A stretch of 62,960 nt of DNA, counting the filler, from Choristocarpus tenellus KU-1152 (Eukaryota > Protista > Phaeophyceae), in assembly GCA_964200185.2 (NCBI GenBank). It is 9 parts of 9 records of this genome, joined end to end, with 100 filler letters (N's around TTAATTAATTAA, not from the genome) between each part and the next. Parts side by side here need not be neighbours in the genome. Positions count along the whole stretch, not along the records: positions 20,798 to 26,108 come from CAXNAD020011193.1; positions 26,209 to 33,042 come from CAXNAD020007251.1; positions 33,143 to 44,450 come from CAXNAD020002391.1; 6 more parts are not named here. One strand, written 5' to 3'. The number at the start of each line of letters is the position of its first letter. The first letter of the stretch is position 1. Under the pieces are notes generated by a model that saw only the letters and a list, made by a program, of their open reading frames with translations, did no database searches and had not been told where the DNA came from. Shown one piece after another: positions 23,621 to 36,108 of this stretch. A program made the position numbers and the translations under genes.

Positions 23621-24890
23621 CCTGCCATGCTGTCATCAACATCGGTTACTCCCCATAATGACTCTATCACCCAATGTTCCAATCCTGTCTTGTCACATGG
23701 GGACAGGAAGCCTTGAGAGTACATCAACACGTGGAGGGACTCTCTTGTCAATTAATTCTGTGCTTCAGCATGGTGGACCTGACGGAGCAAATGCCCGATA
23801 GGAAGGAGAAACATATGTTCGGTGTGTAGAAGAAGGTACTTAGCACAGTCAAGCCCATCATCAGCCTGTCTTGCCTGTGTTTTGATCACAGGGTCGTCTA
23901 GATATAGTGGCACTTACTAGGGTATACTCGTACAACATTACAAGACTTTCGTTAATCAGACTCGCCACCTTAACCCTTCTATAAGCCCTCGCCAAGGTGG
24001 AATGGTCGCTCTAGTCGTCGCATTCATGAGGATATCTACAACTTCGACAGCAACTGGGAGATAACCCGTCTACCCCAACCTGTATAGCAAACTACTTCAG
24101 TACGTTTGGTGCGTATGTTGCTCGGATGCCAAATGTCGTAGAGGCGACTCATTCATGAAACGCACGACCTGCGCAACTTTGGTCGAAGCATAATTTGGAG
24201 CCAACGAGTCCAAGCCTTGATCCAAATATATCCCATCCTGTGTTCCATTTCTTCGGAACCATTTCTGAAAATATTTTTTGGTAGAAACCTTAAATTGTTT
24301 TTGGATTAATGTAGAATATATCAACGAATCCTACATCAAACAAAAGTTGAGTATAGTTACTTTTCGAGGATTATGAAAAATATACCCAAATTTGAATGTA
24401 TTACACAAATTCGAAAAGGGAATTTTCTGAACCCTGTCAAAACTTTCACATAACACAAAAGTGAAAGTTTATGGATATTATGAATACACATGGTTGGTCA
24501 TCAAATGGGGAAAAGAGGATAGAGGAATAGCAAATTAGGAATGAGCAAATAATAATAATAATCCAGAATTCGTGAGCAAAACAAATAATATATTTTGAAG
24601 TCAATCTTAATACATTATCAATAGAATTATGATGAATTCCAAAAAATGAAAATGTGCCCTAAAGTGCAAAACGTCCAAAAACGTCCAAAAAAGTTTGAAA
24701 CTCTCATATACGTTGACTCTTTGTAATGGACGTCATCTCGAACACCTACAACTTAACAGCACAAACTCACATAGGAGGATAAAGGAATGTGGATGTAGGA
24801 AGACAAAGGAGTACCTACCAAAAACGATCGCTCTTTTTCCTCAACATCGAGACAACACTGCATATCTATCCTATAAAGACACCTAAAACC

Positions 24891-24972
24891 TAACGACGGC
24901 GAGGTTTGAACTCGCGAACCCTGAGGGACCGGTGCTTGAAACCGGCGCATTTGACCACTCTGCAACGTCGTT
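24891..24972 (-). tRNA. trnL-CAA: tRNA-Leu(CAA), intronless
   Basis: Acceptor AACGACG/CGTCGTT+A, D-arm GCAGAGTGGTCAAATGC, anticodon stem CCGGT/ACCGG with loop TTCAAGC, long variable arm, T-arm GCGAG-TTCAAAC-CTCGC, downstream TTTT. Confidence 0.92.
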
Positions 24973-26024
24973 GTGTTATCTGAATGGACATCCTTGATAT
25001 TTGAATATTATCTTACATTATCACAAATTCGTCTGGTGAAATAGTATTTCACTGAGAAATGTTTTCCCTGTCATCTTATCTCAACTATTAACCCTTTGCC
25101 GTTCATCACTTGTCCGTTGTACACTTGACACCAGTCTCCATGCATCTATGTATAATCCCTTCTCTCCATCATACTACACAATAGAACTCTTCCCCCTATA
25201 TTCAATGCATCTATCAACGTTCAACTAATTGATGATCTATATAACTCATCATATTTGCTTCTCCCCACAAATGACCTCCTTCATAATCTTCTTTCACACA
25301 AGAGATCATGCATATTCTTCTTAGCACAGTACGCTGCTTTGAACAACCAATGAGAAATAAGCACCACACACAACTTCACCAAGATTCAACTCATCCCACA
25401 ACCCATGCTCATGATTGTGCTAGAAAGTCCATTAAAATATTTCGTCAACAAACTCTTTGTCAAAAACTCAGCATAGTGAATCAGTAGGCAAATAGCCGAT
25501 AGCTAACTTTCCCTCTCTGCAGATCTCTAACTGGCAAATATGGTGGTATCGAATTCTAATGTGCTTTGTCCCACCTCCAGACATAGCCTATAGAGTGATT
25601 TTGATGGCTCCATCATTATTCTCAAACACATTATTAAGTAATCGTGACAATGTGGTTGCATGAACATGTGTACTTGCTTGAGAAGTATTAACTCTTTCCC
25701 CGACGTTACACTATGCAACATAGTTCACCTCAGTAGCAGACAATGTAGCCGTTTTATGTTCACTTTGCCTACTTCCTTCACCACCAGTAAACACACACCT
25801 CTCTACACAATTACATCAGTACTACTCCACCTGAAAGGGATAACCTACTCTCCTTATAAATGGCGTTCTCAGCATACTTGCATCAGCTTAGCCAATCAGT
25901 TGTCTCTTGATCAATCCCAATATCCTCTGAAATCCCCAAACGTGATGCCCTCCTCTCCAGTGCTCAACAGATACCCTAGATTTGAGTTGCACATCCTGTG
26001 GAGGTGAGTTCTGAGGGGCGCCTG

Positions 26025-26108
26025 TAACATATCCATCCGACGTATGCAACCAAATCGCCCAAAAAAAAAAAAAAAAAAAAATAGCCCCCAAATGGACAGC
26101 TGCCACCC
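26025..26108 (+). mobile_element. MITE-B partial at contig break
   Basis: ATCCATCCGACGTATGCAACCAAATCGCCC..CCCCAAATGGACAGC. Confidence 0.75.
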
Positions 26109-26228
26109 NNNNNNNNNNNNNNNNNNNNNNNNNNNNNNNNNNNNNNNNNNNNTTAATTAATTAANNNNNNNNNNNNNNNNNNNNNNNNNNNNNNNNNNNN
26201 NNNNNNNNCTACGCTAAGTTGGAGGCAT

Positions 26229-26469
26229 AGGGTACGAGTTTTGCCCTGTTTGTCCATTTGGGGCTTGGCTTCCCTCGGATTTTTCATGACATTTTCCGAC
26301 TGCAAAATAATTTCGGAGTAGGTAAAATGTATACGTTATGAAAGATGTGTCTGGAACAAGGATATTGACACTTCCTAACAAACACGATTGCCAAAATTAC
26401 ATCGAAATTGCAACATTGAATTTTGAACCCCAAATGGACGCGGCTCTACCCTCTAAGATACTTTGGCTC
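26229..26469 (-). mobile_element. MITE-A (left TIR truncated)
   Basis: Full body; ends CTAAGATACTTTGGCTC. Confidence 0.92.
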
Positions 26470-26541
26470 TTCAGTTGTTTTCACCAACAAGAGTGGTACA
26501 ACTCTTCCCTGTCTTGGGTCAGCTTTTGTCAGTATGAGTAA

Positions 26542-26802
26542 GGGTCAAACCAACTGAGAAGTTGGCAGGGTTGTATTTTAAGGATCCCGACAAACGGCAA
26601 TAATATGGAATTTGCCACAATTGCAGAAAGAGTCTTTGCTGAATTGTTGTGTCAATTTTGAAGTGGAAAGGGGGAATATTATTTTTGCACATCTAATTGA
26701 GCATATAGATCAATTAAAATAGTGTGCAATGCACAGGGTAAAAAAGATGGCTTAGAATGCAAAAGGGTCCAAAACCCTCCAACCTCTTCATTGGTTTGTC
26801 TC
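26542..26802 (+). mobile_element. MITE-C (~260 bp), TAA target
   Basis: TIR GGGTCAAACCAACTGAGAAG / CTCTTCATTGGTTTGTCTC; TAA on both flanks. Confidence 0.7.
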
Positions 26803-28612
26803 TAAGTATAGTAGCATGGTTAATGTTCAAATCGAATGGGTACATGATGATTTCGGCTCCAGAAAAGTATATTATGACAATTCAGAGTGGTGCGCCAGGA
26901 ATATATTATTATGCCCCCTCACATTTTGGAGATGTGTGAAGGAAAAAGCAAGACCAATATCACATGGATCCCTGTAAAATGAACAGTTATCTTCAATGTG
27001 AAAGATACCTCTCTAGAATCAATTTACTACTTGAATATCAGCTATACTATAATACCCCCTTAAAGGTTGGTAACTACAATGATACGTATACATTGCTGCT
27101 ATACCCCCAACTTAGCTTAACCCTATACCAGCAGGGGAGGAGCTTGGGAAGCATCCCAACAATCTGACACAGGCTCCTTCTTACCCATTTGCCTGGTGTC
27201 TCCAGCTTGAAACACATGATATATCTTGAGAGAGCCACTTGTGTAGTGACAGGCACTAATTGTTGTAAGTAGGAGATTTGGCAGCCTCTCTCCTGGTGTA
27301 ACCTCCCGCCCCTCTCCTCCAAACTGAATGTATCGCCAACTCATCCAGAAAACGTTTTGCTTACTTACTGAGACGCCCATAACTTTCCATTGCGAAGATG
27401 TTGAGGCTAACATTACGAGAGTCAAAACAACCCCTGTAGTGGGTGCGCTTTCCCATCTAACTTGCAGCGGCAACTACACTAGTGCTGTTGGAGGAGTGGG
27501 GTAGATGGGAGGCTGCTTGTACTTCTGCAAACGTATTATCCAGGATGAGGCCTTTGTCCTTGTGGGGAACTGATCTGGTGTCAGCAAATGCCCTAGGAAG
27601 ATCGCATCCATACGGAAATTCCGGTTGAATGTGTTTGAGCTACCATTTCCATAGTGCAAAAGATGACTATTCCGTTGCAGAGTTGACCTAGATGCTTAAC
27701 CACCCGTGCATGCTAGCATATACCTATCCCCCTGCCCTAGGGTAGATACTAGCATGTTGTGTGTTGGCATTATGCCTCCTGTACCCGGCCATTGGGCACC
27801 TGTTGGATAGGGCCTCCTCCTTCCCTAGAGATCTGCCGCGGTGAGTCTAAAATCTATGGGAGGGGTCTGACTTGCTGGTTCCAGGGATGGTGTGGAGACC
27901 CATGCATGTGCACCAAGTTCTTTTTCAATTGTTTTAGCAGATGCCCTAGGAATATTTCACCGTTGGTGTTAAAGGAGGGTGTCTATGGCCATATCATTAT
28001 TGCCATATGCCATATACCGTCATACTGTTTGAGGTTCCTTGTCAGGAATCCTGGATTCCAGTGGAGGATCTTCGTTTTTTCTCCCCCCTGACACGTCTGC
28101 GAAATGTCGGAGGGCAAAAATTATATATACATGTATCATCTTTAAGACAGAGTTGATTGAATCTCTTCAAGGGACCGGTGCCACAGGTGTTGGTCTTCTC
28201 TTCATTCAGAGATATCAAGAGTCAAGGATTGCCTTTGACGTCACATGCTGTCACTCTCATGACCCGCACTCTCATGACATCCTCGTCTCCATTCTTCATT
28301 CTTGTAATTGTCCAACCTCTACCTCATCCTCTCGATTATCATTAACCTTAGTCCATCTTGTCCGTCTTACCTTGGTGAGTCGCTTCTACACCTTTCCCGA
28401 AGTGAACCATACCATCATAGAACCGCACTATTCACACTATACACTGTTAGTGACACACTGTGCATACCCCACAAATTTCTACGTGGTTGTCAAAATTGCA
28501 AAGCTCCCATGTTGGGTCCGTTCCTGCATGTGCCAGGAGCTGGAAATATTACTTTTCTGGCGGTCAAGTTACCCACTGCGTATATTATATAGCCTTTAAT
28601 ATATTAAATTTA

Positions 28613-28872
28613 ATGCCAAACCAGTTGAGAGGTAGGCAGGTTTGCACCCTTTGTGTATGGAAAGTGGGGAAATTAAAATTTGCGTACACTATTGTGCACA
28701 TATAGCAATGAAATAGGGTGTATTGCACAGGTTAAGAAATATTACTTGAATGCGAAAGAGATACTACAATTCTGGAACTGTTCTTCCTGCAATCGTACGA
28801 AAACGGCATATATTGGCCCTTCCTTGGGATCCTTGAAATGCAGCCCTGCCTACCTCTGAATTGGTTTGATTC
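28613..28872 (-). mobile_element. MITE-C, TTA target
   Basis: CAAACCAGTTGAGAGGTAGGCAGG..CCTGCCTACCTCTGAATTGGTTTG; TTA on both flanks. Confidence 0.75.
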
Positions 28873-29936
28873 TTACCGTTCAGCTAGGTGATATTTCTCA
28901 CCCTTTGGAAGCTTGGTACAACATATGATAGGTCCAGACTTGACTAAGGTCCTGACGGTATATTCTGTTATACTTCGAAGTGTGTTGGAAGCTTTGGATC
29001 CGTTATGATTATTGCTCTGAAAGCCGTTTCTTTTTCAAATAGTGGACCATCGTATTTTAAAGCACAAGCCACACACCACTGTGTGTTGTCCTCTTCTACA
29101 GTTATTCGAATATTGACCAAGGCCTTGCACCAAGTCATCATACCGCAACAACACCTATCTCCCTTTTCACTCAGTGATGACACTTACATTTCCCCTGAAT
29201 CAGAAAGTGTACTGTTTATGGTTCTTAGCCCGAGTTCTCCAGGTCTTACCACCTACCTCATATGCAGTCCTTGAATCCATATCATCTTTTATATTTTCAC
29301 CCTATTGAAAGGTCGGATCTGGGGCAGCGTATTGCAGTAATACATTCTCATGCAATGTGGCAAACTGGTGACCGTTCATCTTTTCAAGTTGCCAAAATCT
29401 TCCAGTTACGAAATTTGCACTGAATTAGGTGCAAAAATACTGGGATATTTTTCCGATTGGCATGAAATCACCGAACTTTTCCCTTCCAAGTTCTTTCTGT
29501 ATCTGACATATCAAACAAACAAATCTCCCATCTGATCGATTGAGTAGAATTTATGGTCCACTTGACCCATCATTCACTAGCACATCCAATATATTGAAAT
29601 CAAGGTTCAGACATTTCGGATTTTGTGCTAGGTATTGTTCAGGTTTTCACTGAATCCATCTGGCTCAGGTCCTTTCACAATAGCTTAAGCAGAATTTCCA
29701 CTACTTCAGCCTGGAACTGGACCCAATGATAGAGCTCCTTATACTTCAAACCCTCACATTAGACGTATAATTGTTGAGGTTGTAGTTATCTCGAGAACGA
29801 AGGTATTACTGAACAGCAGCAATGCCTCTGGGGTTTTCCTGTTTCCATTGTGATGGAATTAGAGGCAAGCCTCGATTCTGTGTGGGTTATAGGGTCAAAT
29901 TTGGATCTTATCAGGGAGGCTTGACCCATGCCAAGT

Positions 29937-30196
29937 GAGTGAAAGTATCTTAGAGGGCAGGGGTTTTGCCCTGTTTGTCCATTTGGGGCTTGGCTTTCCC
30001 ACGTTTTTTTTAATGACATTTTACCTACTCCGAAATGTTTTGGAGTACGTAAAATGTATACGTTATGAAAAGGTGTGTCCAGAACAAGGATACTGACACT
30101 TCCTAACAAACACGATAGTCAAAATTATATCAAAATCGCAATATTGGATTTTGACCCCAAATGGACACGGGCCTACCCTTGAAGATAATATAAGTT
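29937..30196 (-). mobile_element. MITE-A
   Basis: GAGTGAAAGTATCTTAGAGGG start, degenerate far end. Confidence 0.9.
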
Positions 30197-30714
30197 AAGC
30201 ATCAAGGTGCATATCACAAAACTCCATTGGAGTTGCAAAGTTCAATAACGTAGAGGACACTCGATCTGCCTATCATCTGCTCCCATTGACTCTAGGTGAG
30301 ATTGAGAAGACAGCTTTTGTCAATCATAGAGCGATATTTGTCTTTTTTTTGACGAATGCCCTCTGGTATCGCAAATACTCCTTGATTATATTAACACATG
30401 ATATCCCTTGCCTTATCAGATTTTGGTACCAATTCAGGACTTCTCTATCATATGGATGATCTCACAGTATGTTGTTCTTCATGGGAGCACCATCTACTAT
30501 TGCTTGAGTCCATGATACCCTCTCTTTTGAAATAGCAGGGTCACACCATAGGCATCTAAAGATAGTATCTGGCCCAGCAAGTGTGAAAAATTTTGGTATC
30601 CAGATTTTCCGGGCTGGTATTTGAATTGTTGAAGGATGAGCAGACGAAATAAAATACGTCCCTAAACTTAGCATAATTATATAGGTTCACTCCGTGTTGG
30701 GGTATACCTTTATT

Positions 30715-30985
30715 GAGTGAAAGTATCTTAGAGGTTACGAGTTTTGACCTGTTTGTCCGTTTGGGGCTTGGATTCCCGCTTTTTTTTAACGACATTTTCC
30801 TACTCCAAAATGTTTAGGAGTAGGTAAAATGTATATTTTTGGAGTAGGTATCATGTACATTTCTAAAAACAAGGATATTGACACTTCATAACAAACACGA
30901 TAGCCAAACATACATCAAACTAGCAACATTTGTTTTTGACCAAAACCAAACAGATACGGCTCTACCCTCTAAGATACTTTGACTC
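30715..30985 (-). mobile_element. MITE-A
   Basis: Both TIRs; flanks TATT/TTTT. Confidence 0.92.
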
Positions 30986-31756
30986 TTTTTAAGTCCCTTT
31001 TAAAACATTTTTGGTCGAAAGGAGGCTACTAAGCAAGCACCTTCAAATATTGAAACATCTCAGGGTGAAGATCAAGATGATGCTGTCGAACAAGTTTGGA
31101 AAAAGAAGCTTACTTACCGCAGTTTCTGTTCTACACTGGCCTTGATCTTAACGAAGGGTTTGCAGAGCACGTTAAATGCAAACCTCTTTTGATTTGGTGC
31201 TTTTCTTGCTTAAGAAAGATTTGTTGAAGTGGCCCCACCAATTGAAGTCTATAATTTGTAGCATGCTTCAAGCAAGAAGTTTGAGAAGGCATGAAACAGT
31301 AGAACGATTCGGCTGATCTTGAAGAATTCTTTGCTGCATATAAATTAGAAATTACCAACTGCACGTCATACTCCTTGGACAGACATTTCATGGTGTCCAC
31401 ATAAATGTTCCACTACTTGATTCCACACAAGACACATCAAACGTTCTCACACGTTTGACCGATTATTTTCCATTTTGGGGGGATTTATGTATGTACCAAA
31501 CCCAGGCAAATATCACGCAGTTACAGTTGCTTTGTGCTGTTTGTTTATATCTAAAGAGAAAGCGAACTTAAATGCCTTCCTGCTTCCCTAGCCGCGTTTC
31601 GTTCCAATTTAGTTGCATTCCAATAATCCTACCCCTTGGCACTACTGTCACGAATCTTCCCTTGAGAATCTAAACATTTTTTTTCAATGGTAGAGAGTGA
31701 TCAGAATTTCTATGAGTGGCGTGAAGCTTATTCTTCTCTTAAAAATAGGGTGCATT

Positions 31757-32012
31757 GAGTCAAAGTATCTTAGAGGGTAAGGTCGCGTCCATTTGGGACC
31801 AAAATCCAATGTTGGTTTTGATGCAATCTTGGCTACCGTGTTTGTTAGGAAGTGTCAATATCCTTGTTCTGGACACACTCTTGCATAACGTATACATTTG
31901 ACCTACTTCAATACATTTTGGAGTGGAAGAATATCATTAAAAACCCCACATCAAGCCAAATCCCAAATGGTCAAACAGGGCAAAACTCGTACCCTCTGAG
32001 ATACTTCCACTC
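31757..32012 (+). mobile_element. MITE-A
   Basis: Both TIRs. Confidence 0.92.
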
Positions 32013-32253
32013 TCATTAGGATTCACGACGCACAAGAAGCCCAGTTTGATTTATTGATGTATTGGTCCCGAGACAAACTTGCTGTACTGGCCCTATCTCC
32101 CCCGGTTGTATTCAGAAGCATCGGAGTTTCTGCTGCCAACTTGGAATATAAAACCTGTTACAGCATTTGGTACCATTCGAATGCCATGATCATCCCTCAT
32201 AGGTGGACATTCAGAAAAGAAACATGCACTTGACAAGGTGCGAGATACTTGTT

Positions 32254-32517
32254 GAGTGAAAGTATGTTAGGGTTAGGGTACGAATTTTGTCCTGTTTGTC
32301 CGTTTGGGGCTTGGCTTACCATGTTTTTTTTTTAATGATATTTTCCTACTCCAAAATATCTTGGAGTAGGAAAAATGTGTACGTTATGGAAAGGTGTGTC
32401 CGGAGCAAGCATATTGACACTCCTAACAAACACGATAGCCAAAACTACATCGAAATCGCAACATTGGATTTTGGCCCCTAAACGGACGCGGTTCTACCCT
32501 CTAAGATAGCTTGACTC
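32254..32517 (-). mobile_element. MITE-A with TTAGGGTTAGGG in TIR
   Basis: Both TIRs; flanks TGTT/AGTT. Confidence 0.92.
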
Positions 32518-32566
32518 AGTTGGTGCCTACTCCCAGCAGAGATTTAAACAGGCAGTTTTGACTATT

Positions 32567-32830
32567 GAGTGAAAGTATCTTAGGGTTAGGGTACGAGTTT
32601 TGCCCTGTTTGTCCGTTTGGGGCTTGACTTCCCATGTTGTTTTTAATGACATTTTTCTACCTCAAAATGTTTTGGAGTAGGTAAAAAGTATATGTTATGA
32701 AAAGGTGTGTCTGTAACAAGGATATTGGCACTCCCCAATAAGCACGATTGCCAAATATTACGTCAAAATCGCAACATTGGATTCTTGTCCCCAAATGGAC
32801 GTGACTCTACCCTCTAAGATACTTTGTCTC
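32567..32830 (-). mobile_element. MITE-A with TTAGGGTTAGGG in TIR
   Basis: Both TIRs. Confidence 0.92.
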
Positions 32831-32876
32831 ATTGTTGCCAACTCTACCAGAAGCAAACAGCTCATTAGGGACCCAA

Positions 32877-33042
32877 GGCTCAAAGTATCTGGGGGGGGGG
32901 TTGGCGGTTGTCCATTTGGGGACAATTTTTTCATGTCGTGATTTTTGGGTGATTTGATTCCATATATTGGATGGATAATGAAAGTGCACTTTTCCTGGTT
33001 TTGGTCCAAATGGACACTCTCGTGTAGACCTCCGCCACCCCC
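32877..33042 (-). mobile_element. MITE-B running into contig break
   Basis: GGCTCAAAGTATCTGGGG..GTCCATTTGGG..GGTCCAAATGGACAC. Confidence 0.88.
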
Positions 33043-33142
33043 NNNNNNNNNNNNNNNNNNNNNNNNNNNNNNNNNNNNNNNNNNNNTTAATTAATTAANN
33101 NNNNNNNNNNNNNNNNNNNNNNNNNNNNNNNNNNNNNNNNNN

Positions 33143-33200
33143 CATACATACATACATACATACATACATACATACATACATACATACATACATACATACA
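33143..33200. repeat. (CATA)n microsatellite; CA-rich tract also at 33436-33528
   Basis: Direct reading. Confidence 0.95.
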
Positions 33201-33210
33201 CCCTTCTTAC

Positions 33211-33321
33211 CGGACAGCCACCATTTTTTCCCGTTCCTGGCATATGCGTTGCTCCCACTCCTTTCGCCTCACTTCCTCAATGGCACACAGCCGTGCCATC
33301 TCGGACACAAGACCCCAGTAC
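33211..33321 (-). CDS. Probable internal exon of an unknown helical protein
   Basis: CAG|GTACTGG..GTCCG|GTAAG; YWGLVSEMARLCAIEEVRRKEWEQRICQEREKMVAVR. Confidence 0.45.
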
Positions 33322-34136
33322 CTGTTTCCACCACGCACAACATGAACGAGATAAATGAGTAGGACTACGGGAACCGATCGCCACCTAGCTGAGAGGGGTC
33401 TACAGGCTGTCTGGGATTGAACGGCTCCGTGTATCAAACACACACAAACACACACACAAACACACAAACACAGACACACACACAAACACACACAAACACA
33501 CAAACACACACACACACACACACACACATTGCACCATTCACGGGTTAACACATCTAGATGCAAACAACTCGATGGGTTGGGAGCACGCAAGGATCATCAG
33601 CAAGCATCACCGGTGACTACTCCAAGTGTGACTTTCCCCAACATAATCTTATTATTTCATTTTATTTCTACAAACTATGATTTATTTATTTTTTCTGTAT
33701 GTTACTGTTTTAGTTTCTTTTTCATACTTTGTCTGAGGGGGTTCCAAAAAAAACTGTCTACGAAAGCCGGTGAACGTGTTTATTTTTTTCTCTCTCGATT
33801 GTTCTTATGCCATTGCTCCCTAAAAAAATATCCTCAGTGCAAGTCATTCCTTCTGGAGGTACGGGTCGCGCGCGTTGATCCAGGGTCTAGACGAAGCAGA
33901 CGGTCAGTGCTCGGGGCCTCATCCGTTGAGAAACAGAAAGCCTAGTTCGATGGGTGTGCACTGCCGTTTATTCATCATGTTCAGGATTCTGTTGCTTTTT
34001 TTCATGTGCAGGGCTACTCCCGCTCCTCGTGCCGTAAGAGATTGTTGAGATTGAAATGTCGGAGACTGATCTTCCCATCCGCGAACTTGAGTCGGTGAAC
34101 TGTGCCACAAAGCTCCTCGACTTCACTAGCACGCTA

Positions 34137-34395
34137 GAGTCAAAGTATCTTAGAGGGTAGAGCTGCGTCCATTTGGGGCCCAAAATCCATTGTTGCAATT
34201 TTGATGTAATTTGGACCATCGTGTTTGTTAGGAGATGTCAATATCCTTGTTCCAGGCACACCTTTTCATAACTTACGCATTTGATCTATTCTGAAACATT
34301 TCGGAGCAGGTAAAATGTCATTAAAAACCCGTGGGAAGCCAAGCCCCAAATGGACGAACGGGGAAAAACTCCTACCCTCTAAGATACTTTCACTC
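34137..34395 (+). mobile_element. MITE-A
   Basis: Both TIRs; no TSD evident. Confidence 0.93.
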
Positions 34396-35019
34396 ACATC
34401 GTACATGGGTGCCAGTTCCTTTTTATATGATGATATTGACAATACTTATCAAGGGAATAATCCAAGTGAGAGATCCAGCATACTTGACAACTTGTGCATC
34501 AGGAGTCCTATACGTGCATCAGCATCTCGGTAGGACCTCCATGTTACAGCATGCTCCAGAAGCTTACCTCCACAGCATATATAGATCCAGTCCATAAACC
34601 TACAGAAAATGCTGATGCTCGCGTGAGCCTCTCAGGACACTTCAACAGTCCAGAGGAGTCCATAACATATCAGGTTAGTTGAACGTCAGCTCAGCAGAAC
34701 AGGGGGTACTTCTCATTTTTGAACATCAATGGGTAATTAGCATCAAAGAAAAAAGTGCTTTGAGGTCTGTTTATAGAGTCTATAAAGCAGCGCTCTTTAT
34801 TTCTTTTATTATCATCTGCTGTTTATTTTGTTTTGGTAAACAGAAGTTGGAATACATCTGAAACCGTTACGACATTCCCAAGTTACAGATCTTACTTTGC
34901 GACCTTTAGCAGATCGGAGTTACTCTAAGGTTCCCCACACATGTATACTACTCACACTTATTAGAATGCAGGAAGAAATACTCACGGTATTCGCTTGTAA
35001 CAGCAGCTCATCATCAAGG

Positions 35020-35480
35020 ATGTCACCCTGGCAATCAAGGCCCGCATGCCTAGGCTGGAAGGACACAACATCTACATGTAGGAGGACAGACCAAAGCTAC
35101 ACACCAAGGGGGGGGTTGTGGAGGCAATAGAGGAGCAGGAGGGGGATGACATTGTCGCAGAGACTCAGCCAGCCAACTCACCTGACCTTAACGTGAACGA
35201 TGTGGGATTCTTTCATTCCGTCCAGCAATTGAAGGAAGATGTGGGGGTGAACAACACAGAGGAGATGATGGAGGTCACAACGGAGGCATTGGATGTGTAC
35301 CCCTGGGAGACACTAGAGTGCGTCTGGCAGAGCCTCTTCGCAGTCTGCAGTGAAGTGCTGTGGTTCAAGGGCGAACGTCTTCAAAATTCCCCATCTTAGC
35401 AAGGAAAATGCAGAGAAGGCGGGCAAGCTCCCCCCGAATACCCCCGGTGGATGAAGCGAAGTAGTATGATGGAATGGAGT
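35020..35480 (+). pseudogene. Tc1/mariner DD39D-type transposase C-terminal remnant
   Basis: QPANSPDLNVNDVGFFHSVQQLK..YPWETLECVWQSL. Confidence 0.85.
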
Positions 35481-36108
35481 TTTGGAGGGCTTCGGGGGCG
35501 GAATAATAGATAGGGGAAGGCTGCCTCATTTTGCTTTAGATTTTGGTGGGCAATATTTTAATGTCTTAGCAATACACCAATAAAACATCAGCATGTGAAA
35601 AAAATATTGGTCATCTGGCTACAAAAATTGTATTACATTTCATTCCGAACGAATTATAACTTAACCTCAAACACTTACAACACATTGTTTCCTTTTTTTG
35701 AATGGAGTGCCCCAACAAATTTCGACAGTATAGTTGGACTAGTGCAACACATGGTGTGCATGGTCCATATATGTCAGAAAATGTTGGAACCTGTCCAGCT
35801 GTTGGGCACGGCCCAGTACATAACCCAGTGGATTATAGTCGAACTGTCGGACATGAAACAGTTCAATACCTAATGGGCATGGACTGGGACATGTCAGATA
35901 GTGTTGTGGGACTGGTCCGGCTGGCAGACGGGACCAATTTAATTCCCAGTCCAGTGAAACGCATTAGTTATCGTTCCACTACGACATTCCATATGTGAAA
36001 CGGTTGAAACGCCCTTGTTCTAATCCCAACATCTCAATGCTTGATAACCATTTACTTAGTCCAGCATTTCGAACTTAGAAAGTACCACCAATACCACCAT
36101 CAATCAGC

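Noticed and set aside
28900-32250. Possible decayed coding element between MITEs
   Set aside because: No motif I can assign with confidence; needs tBLASTx after masking MITEs
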